A stretch of 52,905 nt of DNA, from contig JAGHVG010000001.1 in assembly GCA_018064405.1 (NCBI GenBank), positions 1-52,905 on the forward strand, given 5' to 3'. Source of the DNA: Candidatus Enterousia scatequi (GTDB lineage Bacteria > Pseudomonadota > Alphaproteobacteria > Rs-D84). Below are positions 51,512 to 52,905 of this stretch, piece after piece; the first letter of the stretch is position 1; each line of letters starts with the position of its first letter. The notes beneath the pieces were generated by a model that searched no databases, was not told the DNA's origin, and was given only the letters and a program-made list of their open reading frames with translations. Both the position numbers and the translations under genes were made by a program.

Positions 51512-52039
51512 ATGAATTTGTATAATCTGACCCCGGGGGCTATGCCACCACAGGAAATGAATGCAATTATTGAAATTCCGGAACACACACGTGTGAAGTA
51601 CGAGATAGATAAAGATACTGGTTTATTGAAGGTGCGCAGGGTTGTAAATGTCCCAATGGTGTATCCGGCCAATTATGGCTATTTTCCTGGAACCTTGGCA
51701 GAAGATGGGGATCCGCTTGATTGCTTTGTAATATGCAGTGCAGAAATGTATCCCGGCAGTTTAATATCTGTTAGACCAATTGGTGCGTTGGCGGTAGAGG
51801 ATCAGAGTGGTAAAGATACAAAAATAATTTGTGTTCCTGTGAATATGGTAGATTCCTGCTATGCAAATATCTTGTCGGTTGATGATTTGCCGATTGTCTT
51901 AAAATCCAAACTAGAATATTTTTGTCAGCACTATAAAGATTTACAGAAAAACGCCTGGGTTAAAATTATTGGATGGTTGGATACGGGTGTAATGCATCAG
52001 ATTATCATGAATAGTATAGAAAATTATAATAAATCGTAA
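51512..52039 (+). CDS. ppa: Inorganic pyrophosphatase (family I)
   Basis: NAIIEIPEHTRVKYEIDKDTG, YPANYGYFPGTLAEDGDPLD and a family I signature region. AGGAG lies 6 nt before the ATG at 51512. Confidence 0.92.
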   Translation: MNLYNLTPGAMPPQEMNAIIEIPEHTRVKYEIDKDTGLLKVRRVVNVPMVYPANYGYFPGTLAEDGDPLDCFVICSAEMYPGSLISVRPIGALAVEDQSGKDTKIICVPVNMVDSCYANILSVDDLPIVLKSKLEYFCQHYKDLQKNAWVKIIGWLDTGVMHQIIMNSIENYNKS

Positions 52040-52121
52040 CTTTGCCGGTGTAATAAATGCTTGCGTTTATTAGGCAAAATTTTATAATGCACACTGTTAT
52101 ATTAAAACAAGGGGTATTATT

Positions 52122-52691
52122 ATGGCATCTTATATTGCAAATGATATGCGTGTGGGTTGGGTTATTTCCCATAATGGCAAGCGTTATTCTGTGACATCTA
52201 TTACCAAGGTTAAACCCGGCAAGGGTGGCGCATTTGTTCAGGCGGATTTGCGTGATATTGATTCTGGGAACAAAGGTGGTGACCGTTGGCGTGCCGAAGA
52301 TAAAGTTGAAAAACTAATGGTTGAAGATTTTGATTGTCAGTATTTGTATTCTGATGGCACAGATGCCTTCTTTATGAACTTGTCTGACTATGAACAATTT
52401 ACAATGCCATTGGATTCTTTGGGTGAACAGACAAAATTTTTGGCACCTGAAATGATGGTCAAGGCGAACTTTGTCGAAGGTCATCCTGTTTCAATTACTT
52501 TGCCAAAAACAGTTGTTGCCATTGTTGAAGAAACAGAACCAGCATTAAAGGGCCAAACCGCAACAGGCAGTGGTGGCAAACCTGCAATTTTGGATAACGG
52601 TGTTCGTGTTCAGGTTCCTGTATTTATTGAACAGGGCGAAAAAATCGTGGTTAATACTGAAACCCTGGAATACGTTGAACGGGCAAAATAA
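52122..52691 (+). CDS. efp: Elongation factor P
   Basis: VKPGKGGAFVQADLRDIDSGNK loop region with KOW and two OB domains; 189 aa. Confidence 0.95.
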   Translation: MASYIANDMRVGWVISHNGKRYSVTSITKVKPGKGGAFVQADLRDIDSGNKGGDRWRAEDKVEKLMVEDFDCQYLYSDGTDAFFMNLSDYEQFTMPLDSLGEQTKFLAPEMMVKANFVEGHPVSITLPKTVVAIVEETEPALKGQTATGSGGKPAILDNGVRVQVPVFIEQGEKIVVNTETLEYVERAK

Positions 52692-52694
52692 ATT

Positions 52695-52797
52695 ATAACA
52701 ACACATCTACGCGGGATACCAATGGGCTCGTGTACGTTTTGTGTACACTTCGCCATTTCTATTCCGTGTATCTGTATTGTTCTAATTTATTTTTTAT
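52695..52797 (+). repeat. Hairpin repeat unit A (108-nt period tandem repeat downstream of efp)
   Basis: 52697-52781 folds into a long imperfect hairpin: stems 52697-52701/52777-52781, 52703-52705/52773-52775, 52708-52718/52760-52770, 52721-52727/52752-52757, 52730-52735/52743-52748. Followed by a T-rich tail. Confidence 0.8.
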
Positions 52798-52802
52798 TTG
52801 CG

Positions 52803-52905
52803 ATAACAACACATCTACGTGGGATAGCAATGGGCTCGTGTACGTTTTGTGTACACTTCGCCATTTCTGTCCCGTGTATCTGTATTGTTCTAATTTATTT
52901 TTTTT
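52803..52905 (+). repeat. Hairpin repeat unit B (runs to window end; array may continue)
   Basis: Near-identical to unit A at an offset of 108 nt. Four substitutions fall inside the hairpin region. Confidence 0.8.

Noticed and set aside
52692-52905. CRISPR array or integron attC sites as an explanation for the terminal repeats
   Set aside because: The units are 108 nt with only ~5 nt of non-repeated linker, so there are no spacers. The ends do not match the attC R''/R' cores (RYYYAAC / GTTRRRY), and no cas or intI gene is present in the window.
1-52905. Mobile elements, prophage, defence islands, rRNA or CRISPR
   Set aside because: I found no transposase, integrase, recombinase, phage structural, restriction-modification, Cas or other recognisable defence gene in any frame, and no rRNA-like sequence. 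The only hints of mobility are the direct repeats at tRNA-Lys and the AT-rich small ORFs, which are reported separately.

Overview
Gene-dense, AT-rich chromosomal window from a Gram-negative bacterium with a compact, reduced-looking genome. Gene content and order (ybeY-lnt, trxA-dksA, gatCAB, tatA/tatBC, lolA, a short ParE-type topoisomerase subunit, small XRE proteins) make me think of an alphaproteobacterium, possibly host-associated. That is inference, not a search result. Most of the window is housekeeping: lnt, thrS, SPOR protein, tatA, dksA, trxA, sufS-sufT-sufE, ftsL-ftsI, recJ, nrnA-like DHH protein, lolA, tatBC, nlpD, miaB, gatB/A/C, ruvX, perM-type permease, sufBC, rpsT, plsY, dprA, dnaA, parE, dnaJ, pgsA, uvrC, rluC-type synthase, asmA-like, cdaA, dnaN, ppa, efp, plus tRNA-Lys(CUU) and tRNA-Phe(GAA). 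I saw no rRNA, CRISPR array, transposase or integrase. Most notable observations: (1) a 19-codon leader ORF with 6 Thr in 7 consecutive codons plus a hairpin, sitting between a near-consensus promoter and thrS, which is a candidate attenuator of threonyl-tRNA synthetase. (2) An orphan three-gene outer-membrane module (TcpQ/PilL-domain protein, PilN/TcpC/BfpB-like lipoprotein secretin, 95-aa exported protein with tail-fibre-like motifs) with no pilus ATPase or platform gene nearby. A stand-alone type IVb-like pilin 12 kb away seems to need an ATT start codon, and dprA lies in between. (3) Two tandem 108-nt repeats after efp; each folds into an ~85-nt hairpin, and the three stem substitutions all preserve pairing in the + sense only. 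(4) An apparent in-frame ybeY-lnt fusion. (5) A CdaA-type diadenylate cyclase in an unusual context, with a stand-alone DHH-DHHA1 protein in the window as a candidate phosphodiesterase. (6) Small uncharacterised ORFs wedged into the gatC-gatA-gatB-miaB gene string. (7) Tandem XRE paralogues flanked by a 16-nt direct repeat next to tRNA-Lys. (8) A ~60-nt imperfect tandem duplication in the dnaA leader. All similarity calls come from motif recognition by eye; no database search was possible.
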